A DNA stretch of 64,000 bases, from the NCBI GenBank assembly GCA_963664405.1, contig OY761158.1, forward strand, positions 5,152,001 through 5,216,000, read 5' to 3'. Positions 38,156-48,384 of this stretch are shown here, piece by piece; the first letter of the stretch is position 1, and each line of letters opens with the position of its first letter. Both the position numbers and the translations under genes were made by a program. The stretch comes from Thermoanaerobaculia bacterium. GTDB taxonomy: Bacteria > Acidobacteriota > Thermoanaerobaculia > Multivoradales > Multivoraceae. Under the pieces are notes generated by a model, which was not told where the DNA came from, did not search any database, and saw only the letters and a program-made list of their open reading frames with translations.

Positions 38156-41100
38156 CTAGGCGGTCGCGGCTCGAGTCTCTTTGGGGTGGATCTCGTCGAG
38201 CTCGACCGCCACCAGTTTGGAGACTCCCTTCTCCTCCATGGTCACACCGTAAAGCGTACTTGCGGCCTCCATCGTCAGCTTGTTATGACTGATGACCAGG
38301 AACTGGATATCCGCCGAGTAACGGCGAAGAAGGTCGACGAATCGCAACACGTTGGCATCGTCGAGGGGAGCGTCGGCTTCGTCGAGAATACAGAAGGGTG
38401 AAGGCTTGGTCTTGAACAGGGCGAAGAGTAGAGCAATCGCTGTTAGAGCTTTCTCGCCGCCGGATAGGAGTGTGATGTTCTGCATCTTCTTGCCCGGTGG
38501 GCGAGCCACGATCTCGATGCCGCTCTCGAGCACGTCCTCTTCGTCGAGCAGACGCATCTCGGCCTCTCCGCCGCGGAAGAGATCGGAGAAGACCTCGTTG
38601 AAGCTCTTGTTTACGATGGCGAAGGTCTCGCGGAAGCGCTCACTCGAGGTCTGATTGATCTCGCGGATGGTGCGGCGCAGACTCTCGACCGAGCTGGTCA
38701 CGTCGGCCCGCTGCTCGGTGAGGAATGTGAAGCGCTCCTCCTGCTCGTCGTACTCTTTAGCAGCCAACAGATTGACCGGCCCCAGACGTTCGAGCAGCTC
38801 TTTGCGCTCTTCGATCTGGGCTTCGATCTCTTCGATTGAGAGTGCCTCTATCTGCAGCCCGCCGAGGCTGTCGGCCTCGGGTGCGCGAGCCTCGGCCGGT
38901 GCATCTGCGATCGGGCACCCGACCTTCTCGGCATAGGTCTCGGCCACGTGCTCGGCGTCTTGCTCCAGGGTCGCTTCGCTAACTCGGGCGTCCTGGATCA
39001 GGGCTCGATGCCCCTCTCTCTGGCTGCGTACCTTCTCGACTCCCTCATTGAGCTCGCCAAGTCGCTGCCGCTTCTCGGTCAGCTCCTCTTCTTCGCCCTT
39101 GGCGCGCTGTTGCACCGTGGAACGTTGCTCTAGCGCTTCCTGGAGCTCTCGCTCGGCGGCTTCGATGCCTTGACCCAGGTCGAGCTGTCGGCGCGCGAGC
39201 TGATCCTCTTCGTCTGCGAGCTCTTTGCGCTGCCGCGTCAGCTCGTCGATTCGATGTTGCAACCTGCCCGTCTCTTGGCGATGACTCTCCATCCGCTCTT
39301 GAAGGAGATCCAGTCTGCCCTGGCGGCCGGCACCGGCGGTCGAAACTTGCTCGCGGTGATCGCGCCCTGCATCGAGCTCACTCTGGGCATGGTCGAAGCT
39401 CTTCTCCAACTCGAGATGAGCGCCCTGCCGTTCGTCTACCTGTTCTCGAAGCTGGTCCCGGCGCTGGCCGATGGTCTGGAGCTCGGCGACGATGTCGCGC
39501 TCCTGCTGCTCGAGGCCGGCGCGGCTCTGCTCCAGCTCGGCGAGGCGTTGGGCGGCTTCCTGGGCTCGGGTCTCGGCGACCGCAAGCTCTTGACGCACCG
39601 CTACGATCTCTCTTGCTAGGCGGTTGCTGGTCTCGGCCTGGAGGGTGCGGCGGCCGACCAGCGTCTCGAGCAGCTCGGCCGTGCCCTCGAGCTCCGCCTC
39701 GCGGGCGGGGAGGGAGGTGGTGATCTCCTGCATTTCTCGTTTGCGGGCGAGCGCGCCAGGGCGTGCTTCTTTGCCCTGTACGCGGAGCAGGCCTCCTTGG
39801 GCCCACAGCCGGTCGCGACTGAGGAAGGCGACTCCAGCATGGAGTCGTGCCAAGCGCTCGGCGTCGGCTGCTGCGGCCACCAGGAAGGCAGGCGGAAGGC
39901 TAGCGGCGTAGGGCTCCTCGAGGCCCAGGGCGGTGGCGAGCGAGTCGAGAACGGCAGGGTCGTCGATTTGGGGCCGGTCGACGGTTTCGAGCGTCGCCTG
40001 AAGCAGGGCGCCGCTTGAGCCTTTGCTAGCGAGGATCCGCGCCAGGGCAAGCGGATCTTCATCCTGAGGCACGATCACCGCGTCGCGGAATGCTTCGAGG
40101 TAGAGGTCGATGCTGTGCTCCCAGCCCGCCGGGACGGCGAGCTCATCGCCGAGAAAACGGGGCTTCTCCAGCCCTGCCGCCTCGAGAGTGTCCTCGACGC
40201 GATGGCGGCGCTCTTCCGCCGCAGCTTCGAGCTGCTCGATCAGCTCTAGACGCTGGTTGAAGGCGCTGACTTCTTCACGCAGTCGTGCGAGCTCCCCACT
40301 GGCGTCGGCTTCTTCGCTGAGAGTCTGCTCGAGCTCTTCGTTGGTGTCGGCGAGCTCTCCGCTCTTGGTGCGCGCCGCGGCTTCGAGCTCGATCGCGCGA
40401 CTCTGGGTCTCTTCGCGGAGTTTAGTGGCGACTGCCAGCCGATCAGCCAGCTTGGCGGCTTCGGAGCTGTTGTGCTCGTGCCTGAAGTCGGCCTTCTCGG
40501 TCTCGATCTGCACCTGGTGCAACCGCGCCTGAAGGGCGTTTGTTTGGGCGCTCGAGGCCATGACTTCAGCGCGAAGGGTCTCGACGCTCGCGCTCGCCTC
40601 GCGCAGATCAGCTTGAGCCAGCTCGATTGCTTGTTGATCTTGGGCTACTGCGCTCTCTGCGGCGCCGAGCTCACTCTCCAACTCACCGTGACTCGATCTA
40701 CAGGCGTCGAGACTCGCTTGATAGCCGCGAATCTCTTCGCCTAGCTTCTCGGCCAGATGCGCGCCTCGTGAAAGCCGATCGCCGGCGTCTTCCAACGCCT
40801 GCCGAGAGCCCTTTAGGTATTCGTTCCGGCCCTCGATCAACGCACGCAGATCGGACTGGCGAGCGTGCTGCTCGCTGAGCCCCTGCGCCAGCTTCTCGGC
40901 CTCTTCGCGGCCGGAGGCGAGCGCGGCCTCATCGCCGTGCAGGCGAGCTGAAAGCTCCGCGTCTTCGGCTTCCAGTACGCCAAGGCGCTTTCTGACATCG
41001 CCGAGACCTTCCTGGACCTCATCCCATCGGCGCAGATTGAGGACGCCGAGGAGCACGTCGTGCTCGGACTCTTTTTCGCGGTATCGGCGAGCGGCATTTG

Positions 41101-41728
41101 CCTGGCGCTTCAGCGAGCGCAGCGTGCGCTCGGCCTCAGAGAGGATGTCGTCGAGTCGCTGAAGGTTGGAACCGGCCTCCTCGAGCTTGATCTCGGCGAC
41201 ACGCTTTCGAGCCTTGTAGCGAGTGATGCCGGCTGCCTCTTCGAGCAGCTTGCGGCGCTCTTGGGGGTTGCCGGAGAGGATGGTGTCGACCTGCCCTTGA
41301 CTGATGACCGAGTAGGAGCGAATTCCGAGCCCGGTGTCCATCAGCAGGTCTCGGATGCGCTTCAGGGTGACCACTTTGCCGTTGAGGCGGTATTGACTCT
41401 CGCCGGTGCGGAAGACGCGGCGGCCGATCGCAACTTTGCCTTCGACCGCGACTTCTACCGAGGGATCGGCGAGTAGGGTGAGGTTCACTTCAGCCATGCC
41501 GAGGGCTCGGCGACCTTGCGAGCCGTTGAAGATGACGTCCTCCATGCGCTGGCCACGGAGGAACTTGATGCTCTGCTCGCCAAGCGCCCAGGTGACGGCT
41601 TCGGCGAGGTTGCTCTTGCCGCAGCCGTTAGGCCCGACAATCGCGGTTATGCCTGGGGCGAAGTCGGTCGCTACAGGGTCGACGAACGACTTGAAGCCCG
41701 AGATCTCGAGTCGGTGGAGGGTCAGCAT
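38156..41728 (-). CDS. smc: Chromosome segregation protein SMC
   Basis: GFKSF, GPNGCGKSN, coiled coils, LGPVN, LSGGEK, ILDEADAPLD. Confidence 0.97.
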   Translation of the reverse strand: MLTLHRLEISGFKSFVDPVATDFAPGITAIVGPNGCGKSNLAEAVTWALGEQSIKFLRGQRMEDVIFNGSQGRRALGMAEVNLTLLADPSVEVAVEGKVAIGRRVFRTGESQYRLNGKVVTLKRIRDLLMDTGLGIRSYSVISQGQVDTILSGNPQERRKLLEEAAGITRYKARKRVAEIKLEEAGSNLQRLDDILSEAERTLRSLKRQANAARRYREKESEHDVLLGVLNLRRWDEVQEGLGDVRKRLGVLEAEDAELSARLHGDEAALASGREEAEKLAQGLSEQHARQSDLRALIEGRNEYLKGSRQALEDAGDRLSRGAHLAEKLGEEIRGYQASLDACRSSHGELESELGAAESAVAQDQQAIELAQADLREASASVETLRAEVMASSAQTNALQARLHQVQIETEKADFRHEHNSSEAAKLADRLAVATKLREETQSRAIELEAAARTKSGELADTNEELEQTLSEEADASGELARLREEVSAFNQRLELIEQLEAAAEERRHRVEDTLEAAGLEKPRFLGDELAVPAGWEHSIDLYLEAFRDAVIVPQDEDPLALARILASKGSSGALLQATLETVDRPQIDDPAVLDSLATALGLEEPYAASLPPAFLVAAAADAERLARLHAGVAFLSRDRLWAQGGLLRVQGKEARPGALARKREMQEITTSLPAREAELEGTAELLETLVGRRTLQAETSNRLAREIVAVRQELAVAETRAQEAAQRLAELEQSRAGLEQQERDIVAELQTIGQRRDQLREQVDERQGAHLELEKSFDHAQSELDAGRDHREQVSTAGAGRQGRLDLLQERMESHRQETGRLQHRIDELTRQRKELADEEDQLARRQLDLGQGIEAAERELQEALEQRSTVQQRAKGEEEELTEKRQRLGELNEGVEKVRSQREGHRALIQDARVSEATLEQDAEHVAETYAEKVGCPIADAPAEARAPEADSLGGLQIEALSIEEIEAQIEERKELLERLGPVNLLAAKEYDEQEERFTFLTEQRADVTSSVESLRRTIREINQTSSERFRETFAIVNKSFNEVFSDLFRGGEAEMRLLDEEDVLESGIEIVARPPGKKMQNITLLSGGEKALTAIALLFALFKTKPSPFCILDEADAPLDDANVLRFVDLLRRYSADIQFLVISHNKLTMEAASTLYGVTMEEKGVSKLVAVELDEIHPKETRAATA

Positions 41729-41847
41729 CGGATCGAAGGGAAGATACCAGAGGGGTCGGAGCAACCACAAGACCTAGGGGGCCACTTTTCTGAAAACACA
41801 AGATGTAGTGGCGCGATCCGCGCCCGAGTCAGGGCCCGGTCGCCTAG

Positions 41848-42459
41848 CTACGAGCCTTTTCTCGCTCGGGCCGGGGCTCGGGGCGCTTCGCCGCCGATGA
41901 GCACATCCCAGTAGAACGCGCTCCAGAGAATCAGTGGCAATCCGAACTTGAAAGGTAGGTCGAGGAGGTGCTTGCCGAGTCCCCAGAAGGTCTGGCCAAA
42001 AGTGCTGTAGTGCTCCTCGCTCCAGGCTCCAAGCTGAGTGGCATAGACGAACTTGACCCAGAAAACCACGAGGACGATGTGGAAGAAGACGGTGATCAGG
42101 GTCGCCCAGCCGGTTTTTGCAAGACGGGCGGTGAGCGGAGCTCCGGGGACCGCGAGAAAGAGCGCCCACATGAAGACCATGGGGAAGTGGATGTCGGTCG
42201 TTCTTACCGAGTAGAGGAAGCGACGATCGGTCTTGTAGTCGTCGCGGGTGATGACGAGAAAGTGCTGCTCTTGTCTGGGGCGCTCCTCGTCTATCGGCGC
42301 GGCGTAGAGATGAGTCACTCCCGGGCGCTCACTGAGGCGCACCAGAGTCTCCGCGCTGGACCGCAGAAAGGTGTTGTAGAAGGGGGTGCCGAGAATCCAG
42401 ATCAAGACCGAGGGGATGAGCCAGATGGCGAGATTGCGAAGAAAGCGGGGGTAGGGCAT
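41848..42459 (-). CDS. Exosortase H-associated membrane protein
   Basis: Multi-TM ORF whose start overlaps the exosortase stop (TGATG). Confidence 0.65.
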   Translation of the reverse strand: MPYPRFLRNLAIWLIPSVLIWILGTPFYNTFLRSSAETLVRLSERPGVTHLYAAPIDEERPRQEQHFLVITRDDYKTDRRFLYSVRTTDIHFPMVFMWALFLAVPGAPLTARLAKTGWATLITVFFHIVLVVFWVKFVYATQLGAWSEEHYSTFGQTFWGLGKHLLDLPFKFGLPLILWSAFYWDVLIGGEAPRAPARARKGS

Positions 42460-43004
42460 CAGGCCCTGCGGGGCACGAAGCGTTGGGCCCAGAAGATCCA
42501 CAGCAGCACCGCAAAAAGAATCACGATGGTTTGCCAAACCACCGTATGGGAGCTGTCGAAGAAACTCGGGAAATACACGCCGGTGAGGAACAGGGCGATG
42601 ACCCGGATCAGGTTGATGAACTGGATGCCGACGATGCCGATGGCCAGACCTCCGATGCGGGCCGCCCACGGGGCGGGGAAGGAGAGGGTCGCGGAGAGGA
42701 AGATGATAAGAGCCTCGACGCCGTTGCAGCCGTTCTCGATGTCAACGGCGAAGTTGCCTCCTGTGATGCGAGTGCCCTCCATCTGAATGTCCTGCCCCAG
42801 AAGATTCAACATGAAGCCGCTGGTGCGCGCGATGCCGGCGGTGAAGGGCACGATGACTCGATCGTTGATCGGCTCCCAGGCGATGAAGGTGAACCCGCCG
42901 CCCAGGAGGACGACGAAGAGGACCAGGAACTGGATCTCCCGAAGGTAGGATCGCCAGCCGGTTGGCGGGGGCGCCGCTGATTCTTTGTCGTTCTTTTCGG
43001 CCAT
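42459..43004 (-). CDS. xrtH: Exosortase H-like protein-sorting transpeptidase
   Basis: IENGCNGVEA (Cys), NLIRVIALF (Arg), HTVVWQ (His). Confidence 0.85.
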   Translation of the reverse strand: MAEKNDKESAAPPPTGWRSYLREIQFLVLFVVLLGGGFTFIAWEPINDRVIVPFTAGIARTSGFMLNLLGQDIQMEGTRITGGNFAVDIENGCNGVEALIIFLSATLSFPAPWAARIGGLAIGIVGIQFINLIRVIALFLTGVYFPSFFDSSHTVVWQTIVILFAVLLWIFWAQRFVPRRA

Positions 43005-43097
43005 TCTCGAGATCTCGCGTGTCAAGGGAGATTCTAAGGGACCATGCTTCGTCGAGTCTACGGGCTGGGAGACTGTATCGGCCGTGTCGATACGCCG

Positions 43098-43126
43098 TTG
43101 ACAAGGGCGAGAGCTGTGCGTACGAT
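43098..43126 (+). promoter_or_regulatory. Sigma70 promoter of the pyr operon
   Basis: TTGACA-17 bp-TACGAT. Confidence 0.7.
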
Positions 43127-43162
43127 CCGGCGAGCCTGAGCCCGACCCCGGGGCCTTCCCCA

Positions 43163-43699
43163 TTGTCCCAGATCAAGCAACTCCTCGACTCTCGCCAGAT
43201 GGTGCGAGTGCTTCGTCGTATGGCGGGGGAGATCGTCGAGCGTAACCACGACGTAGACGATCTGGTGCTGGTCGGGATCCGCACCCGAGGAGTTCCGATG
43301 GCAGAGTTCTTCGCCGATGAGATAGAACGCCTGGAGGGGACGAGGCCGGTGATCGGGCTGCTCGATATCACTCTCTACCGCGATGACCTCTCGGTGATCG
43401 GCCCCCAGCCGATCGTGCGCGAGACGCGTTTGCCTGCTTCGATCGACGATCGGGTCGTGGTGCTCTGCGATGACGTGCTCTACACCGGCCGCACCATTCG
43501 CGCCGCGCTCGACGCCCTGGTCGACTTTGGTCGCCCGCGAGTGGTGCAGCTGGCCGTGCTGGTGGATCGAGGGCATCGAGAGCTTCCGATCCAGGCCGAC
43601 GTTGTCGGACGCAGCATCTCTACCGGCGACAACGAGCAAGTGCGAGTGCGCTTCGAATCGACCGACGGCGACGACAGAGTCGAGTTGGCTGAGCTATGA
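43163..43699 (+). CDS. pyrR: Pyrimidine operon regulator / UPRTase
   Basis: [34 protein letters not shown]; start uncertain. Confidence 0.95.
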   Translation: MSQIKQLLDSRQMVRVLRRMAGEIVERNHDVDDLVLVGIRTRGVPMAEFFADEIERLEGTRPVIGLLDITLYRDDLSVIGPQPIVRETRLPASIDDRVVVLCDDVLYTGRTIRAALDALVDFGRPRVVQLAVLVDRGHRELPIQADVVGRSISTGDNEQVRVRFESTDGDDRVELAEL

Positions 43700-44637
43700 A
43701 CCAGAGCGGATGGACACGCAAGCACCTTCTGGGAGTCGCTGACCTCGTCCCGGAAGAGGTCGAGCTCATTCTCGACACGGCTCACTCGTTCCTCGAGGTG
43801 GCCCACCGTCCGATCAAGAAAGTCCCGACGCTTCGGGGACGCACCCTGCTCGGGCTTTTCTTCGAGCCCTCGACGCGAACGAGCTCGAGCTTCGAGATCG
43901 CCGCCAAACGTCTGTCGGCGGACTGGGTGAATTTCTCCACCAGCTCCTCTTCTCTGCGCAAAGGCGAGTCGCTCTACGACACCGCTAGGAATCTCCAGGC
44001 GATGGCTCCCGACATGGTCGTCGTTCGCCATGCCTTTCCCGGCGTTCCGGAGATGTTGGCGGCGGAAATGGATTGTGGGGTGATCAACGCCGGTGACGGT
44101 GCTCGCGAGCACCCCACTCAAGCCCTGCTCGACGCCTTCACGATCCGCCAGGCCAAAGGACGGATCGAGGGGCTTGAAGTCGCGATTATCGGCGATATCG
44201 AGCATAGTCGGGTAGCGAGGTCGAACGTCTCGCTGCTCACCAAAATGGGGGCTCGCGTTACCCTGGCCGGGCCCCGCACATTGTTGCCTGCGGCGGCCGA
44301 AAGCCTTGGTGCTGCGGTTGCCTACTCGGTAGAGGAGGCGGTTGCAGGCAAGGATGTGGTCATGATGCTGCGGGTGCAGTTGGAGCGGCAGCACCGCGCG
44401 CTGTTCCCCTCTCTGCGGGAGTATTTCGACTTCTTCGCGCTCACCCGCGAGCGGCTGGCGGGAGCCAAGGATGACGTCATCATTCTTCACCCAGGACCGA
44501 TGAACCGAGGCGTCGAGATCGCCTCGGACGTGGCCGACGGCCCCTTCTCCGTGATCCTCGACCAAGTGACGAACGGTGTCGCGGTGCGCATGGCCGTGCT
44601 CTATCTGCTCTCGATCGCCACCACGGAGGCGGCATGA
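43696..44637 (+). CDS. pyrB: Aspartate carbamoyltransferase catalytic subunit
   Basis: [24 protein letters not shown]. Confidence 0.97.
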   Translation: MNQSGWTRKHLLGVADLVPEEVELILDTAHSFLEVAHRPIKKVPTLRGRTLLGLFFEPSTRTSSSFEIAAKRLSADWVNFSTSSSSLRKGESLYDTARNLQAMAPDMVVVRHAFPGVPEMLAAEMDCGVINAGDGAREHPTQALLDAFTIRQAKGRIEGLEVAIIGDIEHSRVARSNVSLLTKMGARVTLAGPRTLLPAAAESLGAAVAYSVEEAVAGKDVVMMLRVQLERQHRALFPSLREYFDFFALTRERLAGAKDDVIILHPGPMNRGVEIASDVADGPFSVILDQVTNGVAVRMAVLYLLSIATTEAA

Positions 44638-45926
44638 GCCTGCTGCTTCGCGGTGGCAGGGTCGTGGACCCGAGCCAGGACCTCGACGCCAGTCGGGACG
44701 TGCTGCTGGTCGACGGCGAGGTGCGCGAGCTGGCGGAGTCGATCGAGGCGTCGCCCGGCGTCGAGGTCTTGGATGTCGCCGGCAAGGTCATAACACCCGG
44801 GCTGATCGACATCCACGCTCACCTTCGCGAGCCGGGGCAGGAGTACAAGGAGAGCGTCCTCACCGGTACGCGAGCGGCGGCCGCCGGGGGGTTCACTGCG
44901 GTCGTGTGCATGGCCAACACCGATCCGGTCAACGACAATGCCTCGGTGACCGAGCACATCCTGGCCCAGGCGACTCGTCACGGCTACGCTCGTGTCTACC
45001 CGGTCGGGGCCATCTCCAAGGGGCTGCGAGGCGAAGAACTGGCCGAGATGGGCCGGCTGGCCGCAGCCGGAGTGGTCGCCTACTCGGATGACGGTAGGCC
45101 AGTGGAAAGCTCCGAGTTGATGCGCCGAGCTCTGAGCTATGCACGCCACTTCGGCTTGCCTCTGGTGCAGCACGCCCAGGACCTGCCGCTGAGCGGCGAA
45201 GGGGCGATGCATGAAGGCGAGTGGTCCGCTCGGCTCGGAATTCCCGGGATCCCGGCCGCCGCTGAAGATCTGATGGTGGCGCGCGACGTTCTCCTCACCG
45301 AGCTCGCCGGGGGTCGCTATCACCTACAGCATCTGTCGAGTGCGAAGAGTCTCGATCTCGTACGAGCGGCGAAAGAGCAGGGCCTCGCGGTCACTTGCGA
45401 GGCGACGCCACATCATCTGTTGCTGACCGACGAGGAAGTGTTCAGGAGTGGGATCTCAACCAACACGAAGATGAATCCGCCGCTGCGCTCCGAACGGGAT
45501 CGCCAAGCTCTTCTCGAGGGCATTGCAGACGGCTCGATCGATTGCGTCGCGACCGACCACGCTCCCCATCACGTCGACGAGAAGCGCGTCCCCTTCAATG
45601 TGGCGCCCTTCGGGATCGTTGGCCTCGAGACCGCGGTGGGGCTGTGTCTGGATCGTCTGGTGGCGCAGGGAGTCGTGGATCTGAGTCGATTGGTGGACCT
45701 GCTTTCGTGCCAGCCGGCCAAGATCATGGGTCTTCCCGGAGGCTCTCTACGACCCGGGGCTGTCGCCGACGTGACCGTTCTCGATCTCGACCAGGAGTGG
45801 ACCGTAGACGCGAGTCGCTTCGAGAGCAAGTCGAGTAACACGCCTTTTGACGGCTGGTCCGGCCGTGGGGCGCCGCTGCACACGATCGTCGGTGGGCGGC
45901 TCATTTCGTTATCGGCTTCAGAGTAG
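44634..45926 (+). CDS. pyrC: Dihydroorotase
   Basis: [24 protein letters not shown]. Confidence 0.96.
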   Translation: MSLLLRGGRVVDPSQDLDASRDVLLVDGEVRELAESIEASPGVEVLDVAGKVITPGLIDIHAHLREPGQEYKESVLTGTRAAAAGGFTAVVCMANTDPVNDNASVTEHILAQATRHGYARVYPVGAISKGLRGEELAEMGRLAAAGVVAYSDDGRPVESSELMRRALSYARHFGLPLVQHAQDLPLSGEGAMHEGEWSARLGIPGIPAAAEDLMVARDVLLTELAGGRYHLQHLSSAKSLDLVRAAKEQGLAVTCEATPHHLLLTDEEVFRSGISTNTKMNPPLRSERDRQALLEGIADGSIDCVATDHAPHHVDEKRVPFNVAPFGIVGLETAVGLCLDRLVAQGVVDLSRLVDLLSCQPAKIMGLPGGSLRPGAVADVTVLDLDQEWTVDASRFESKSSNTPFDGWSGRGAPLHTIVGGRLISLSASE

Positions 45927-45930
45927 GCGG

Positions 45931-46755
45931 ATGAGCGACTCGCGACTTGTCGAGGTAGCTGTGGAGGCTTCTCGGCGAGGCGGCGAGATACTGATGCGCC
46001 ATCTGGGGGGGAGCGATCTTGGAGTCGAGGAGAAGGAGAAGAACGACTTCGTCTCGCGTGCCGACAAAGAGAGCGAGGCCGCCGTCATCGCCTGCATTTA
46101 CGATGCCTTTCCCGCCCATCACATTCTTGCTGAGGAAGGTGGGCGGCGCGCGGGAACGGGAGAGGCAGACTATGAGTGGATTGTCGATCCTCTCGATGGA
46201 ACCACCAACTATTTGCAAGGCGTGCCCTTTTTCTGTGTGTCGATTGGCTGTCGGCGTGGCAGCGAGATGGTGGCGGCCGCGATTCTCGACCCCCAGCGCG
46301 ACGACCTTTTTACCGCTTCCGCCGGCGGCGGCGCCTACCGAAACGGAAAGAGGGTGCGCCTGGCGCCGAGAGAGGGCCTCGATGGGGCTTTTCTTGCTAC
46401 AGGGTTCCCGTTCAAGGCGCGGGGAGCCGCCGACACTTATGCCGCTCTCTTTCGCGACGTCTTCGTCGAAGCGCGAGGCATTCGTCGCTGCGGGGCCGCG
46501 GCCCTCGACTTGGCCTACACCTCGGCGGGGGTCTTCGAGGGCTTTTTCGAATTTCGGCTTGCCCCGTGGGATATCGCCGCAGGGAGCCTTCTGGTGCGGG
46601 AGGCTGGTGGCGTCGTGTCGGATCTCGACGGTGGAGACGAATACCTGAAAAAGGGCAGTATTTTGGCGGGAGTACCTGGCGTTCACCGTCGTCTGTTGGA
46701 GATCGTCGGCCGACACACCAGTGAAGCGGATCTTGATCGCCTTCTATCCGGCTAG
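45931..46755 (+). CDS. suhB: Inositol monophosphatase family protein
   Basis: WIVDPLDGTTNY, GAAALDL, WDIAAG. Confidence 0.92.
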   Translation: MSDSRLVEVAVEASRRGGEILMRHLGGSDLGVEEKEKNDFVSRADKESEAAVIACIYDAFPAHHILAEEGGRRAGTGEADYEWIVDPLDGTTNYLQGVPFFCVSIGCRRGSEMVAAAILDPQRDDLFTASAGGGAYRNGKRVRLAPREGLDGAFLATGFPFKARGAADTYAALFRDVFVEARGIRRCGAAALDLAYTSAGVFEGFFEFRLAPWDIAAGSLLVREAGGVVSDLDGGDEYLKKGSILAGVPGVHRRLLEIVGRHTSEADLDRLLSG

Positions 46756-46764
46756 ACTTGACCG

Positions 46765-47712
46765 GTGAGAGCCCTCGCTCGCGTCGGACTGATCCTTTAT
46801 CTCGCCTTCTTGATCTTCGGCCTCTCGGTCACTCCGAGGGCGTTGGGCGATCTGCTGCAGCGCGGCGAGCTCCCGCAGGCCCGGCTCACTCGGGAACGTG
46901 TCGGAGAACGCCTGGGAGCCCTTCGTGACCGTTTCTTTATCTTCGCTTCTGAGGTGGATGATCTGCGTCTTCGGGTCGAGAAGATCCGTGTGGCCTATGG
47001 CCTGGCGGAGGCCCTCGAGCCCTCGCCGCGGTTGGAGGATCGAGGCGCTTTTCCGGAGACGGTGTTCCTTGCCCAGATCGAGGATACGGTGCGAGTTGCC
47101 ACGCGCCTGCGGTTGGACATCGGCGATCTCGAAGCAAAGGTAGCCAACCTGCGTGAGTTCGAGAGCGGTGAGGCCGGTCGCGTGGCCTTCACACCTTCGA
47201 TCTCGCCCCTACGCGGCGACTTCGTCCTCACCTCGGCGGTGGGCCAGCGAAAGAACCCCTTTACCGGTATCAGCGAGTACCACATCGGGATCGACCTGTC
47301 GGCCCCGGTGGGCAGCTCGATCTTGGCTGCCGCCGATGGTGAGGTGGTATTCGCCGGCCGTTACTCTCTGCGACGTCGTTCGGGCTGGTGGCGTCTTGGG
47401 AAGCTGGTGGCGGTGCGCCATGGCAAGGAGCTGCTGTCGATCTATGGGCATTGCGACAAGATCATGGTCCGTCGAGGCCAGCGGGTAACTCGCGGGGATC
47501 GTCTCGCCACCGTGGGCGAAAGCGGTGTGAGTGCCAATCCACATCTTCACTACGCGGTTTGGCGGCGCAACGATCTCGGAGTCCTGGCACCGGTGGACCC
47601 GAGGCTATTCATGCTCGATCGCCGCTGGAGCGACGAGGAGGCTCTGCTCGTGCAAGCAAGTAGCCATCCCGAGGTATGGCAGTACGAGGCGCTGCCGAGG
47701 GGGATTCGCTGA
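46765..47712 (+). CDS. M23 family metallopeptidase
   Basis: YHIGIDL, YGH, HLHY. Confidence 0.9.
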   Translation: MRALARVGLILYLAFLIFGLSVTPRALGDLLQRGELPQARLTRERVGERLGALRDRFFIFASEVDDLRLRVEKIRVAYGLAEALEPSPRLEDRGAFPETVFLAQIEDTVRVATRLRLDIGDLEAKVANLREFESGEAGRVAFTPSISPLRGDFVLTSAVGQRKNPFTGISEYHIGIDLSAPVGSSILAAADGEVVFAGRYSLRRRSGWWRLGKLVAVRHGKELLSIYGHCDKIMVRRGQRVTRGDRLATVGESGVSANPHLHYAVWRRNDLGVLAPVDPRLFMLDRRWSDEEALLVQASSHPEVWQYEALPRGIR

Positions 47713-47807
47713 GCAGCGAACCTCGACGCCACGAAGCCGCGGTCATCGGCGGCGGCCCTGCGGGCGCGACTGCTGCTCGCCTGCTCCGTCGCTGGGGATC
47801 TACCTGA
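47709..47807 (+). pseudogene. N-terminal stub of an FAD-dependent oxidoreductase/halogenase-like gene
   Basis: Manual translation ..HEAAVIGGGPAGATAARLLRRWG then stop; overlaps the M23 stop. Confidence 0.6.
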
Positions 47808-48006
47808 ACATGAGCCCGAGTTCGTGCTGCAAGGGTTCCGGACCAAGTGGTAGCCACGAAGAGCGACACCTCCGAATGTACTGATGTCGCGATCTGTGGT
47901 GGAGCCGCACTTTGTGATTTCCGGGCAGTTTGGCTCGGTGCAGGCAACAGAAGTAGGCTCAGCGTTGCGACGACGAGACAGAGCCAACGATCGTGAGGTG
48001 ATGCGA

Positions 48007-48369
48007 ATGAGCCAAGCCGACAACTCCGTCGACGAAGCGAGCTTTCGCGACTCGATTCCGGACTCCCAGCAGCCGACGTTCACGCTGCTCCAGCAGCTCA
48101 TCGAAGATCTCGTGCCCGACGCCGACGTGAGCATCAAGTGGGGCACGATCGCCTACGACCTCGACTGCAGCCTTTTCGCGCTCTCGGCCAACAAGAAGCA
48201 CGTGAACCTCTACATCCTGACCTTGGGACTGCTCGCCGAGTACGCCGACGACCTGGCCGGCATCCCTCAGAGCAAGTGCGTGCTTCGTTTCAGTCCCAGC
48301 GCCGAGGTGCCCCTCGAGACTTTGCGTAAGGTCATGACCGATGCCGTGGAGCGTAAGCGGGCTGACTAG
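48007..48369 (+). CDS. DUF1801 (YdhG-like) protein
   Basis: IKWGTIAY, ANKKHVNLY, SKCVLRF. Confidence 0.8.
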   Translation: MSQADNSVDEASFRDSIPDSQQPTFTLLQQLIEDLVPDADVSIKWGTIAYDLDCSLFALSANKKHVNLYILTLGLLAEYADDLAGIPQSKCVLRFSPSAEVPLETLRKVMTDAVERKRAD

Positions 48370-48384
48370 AGGCGCACGGGTCGA

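Noticed and set aside
43124-43140. GATCCGGCGAGCCTGAG as a PyrR-binding loop
   Set aside because: Several mismatches to the consensus, overlaps the predicted -10, and no attenuator hairpin is visible
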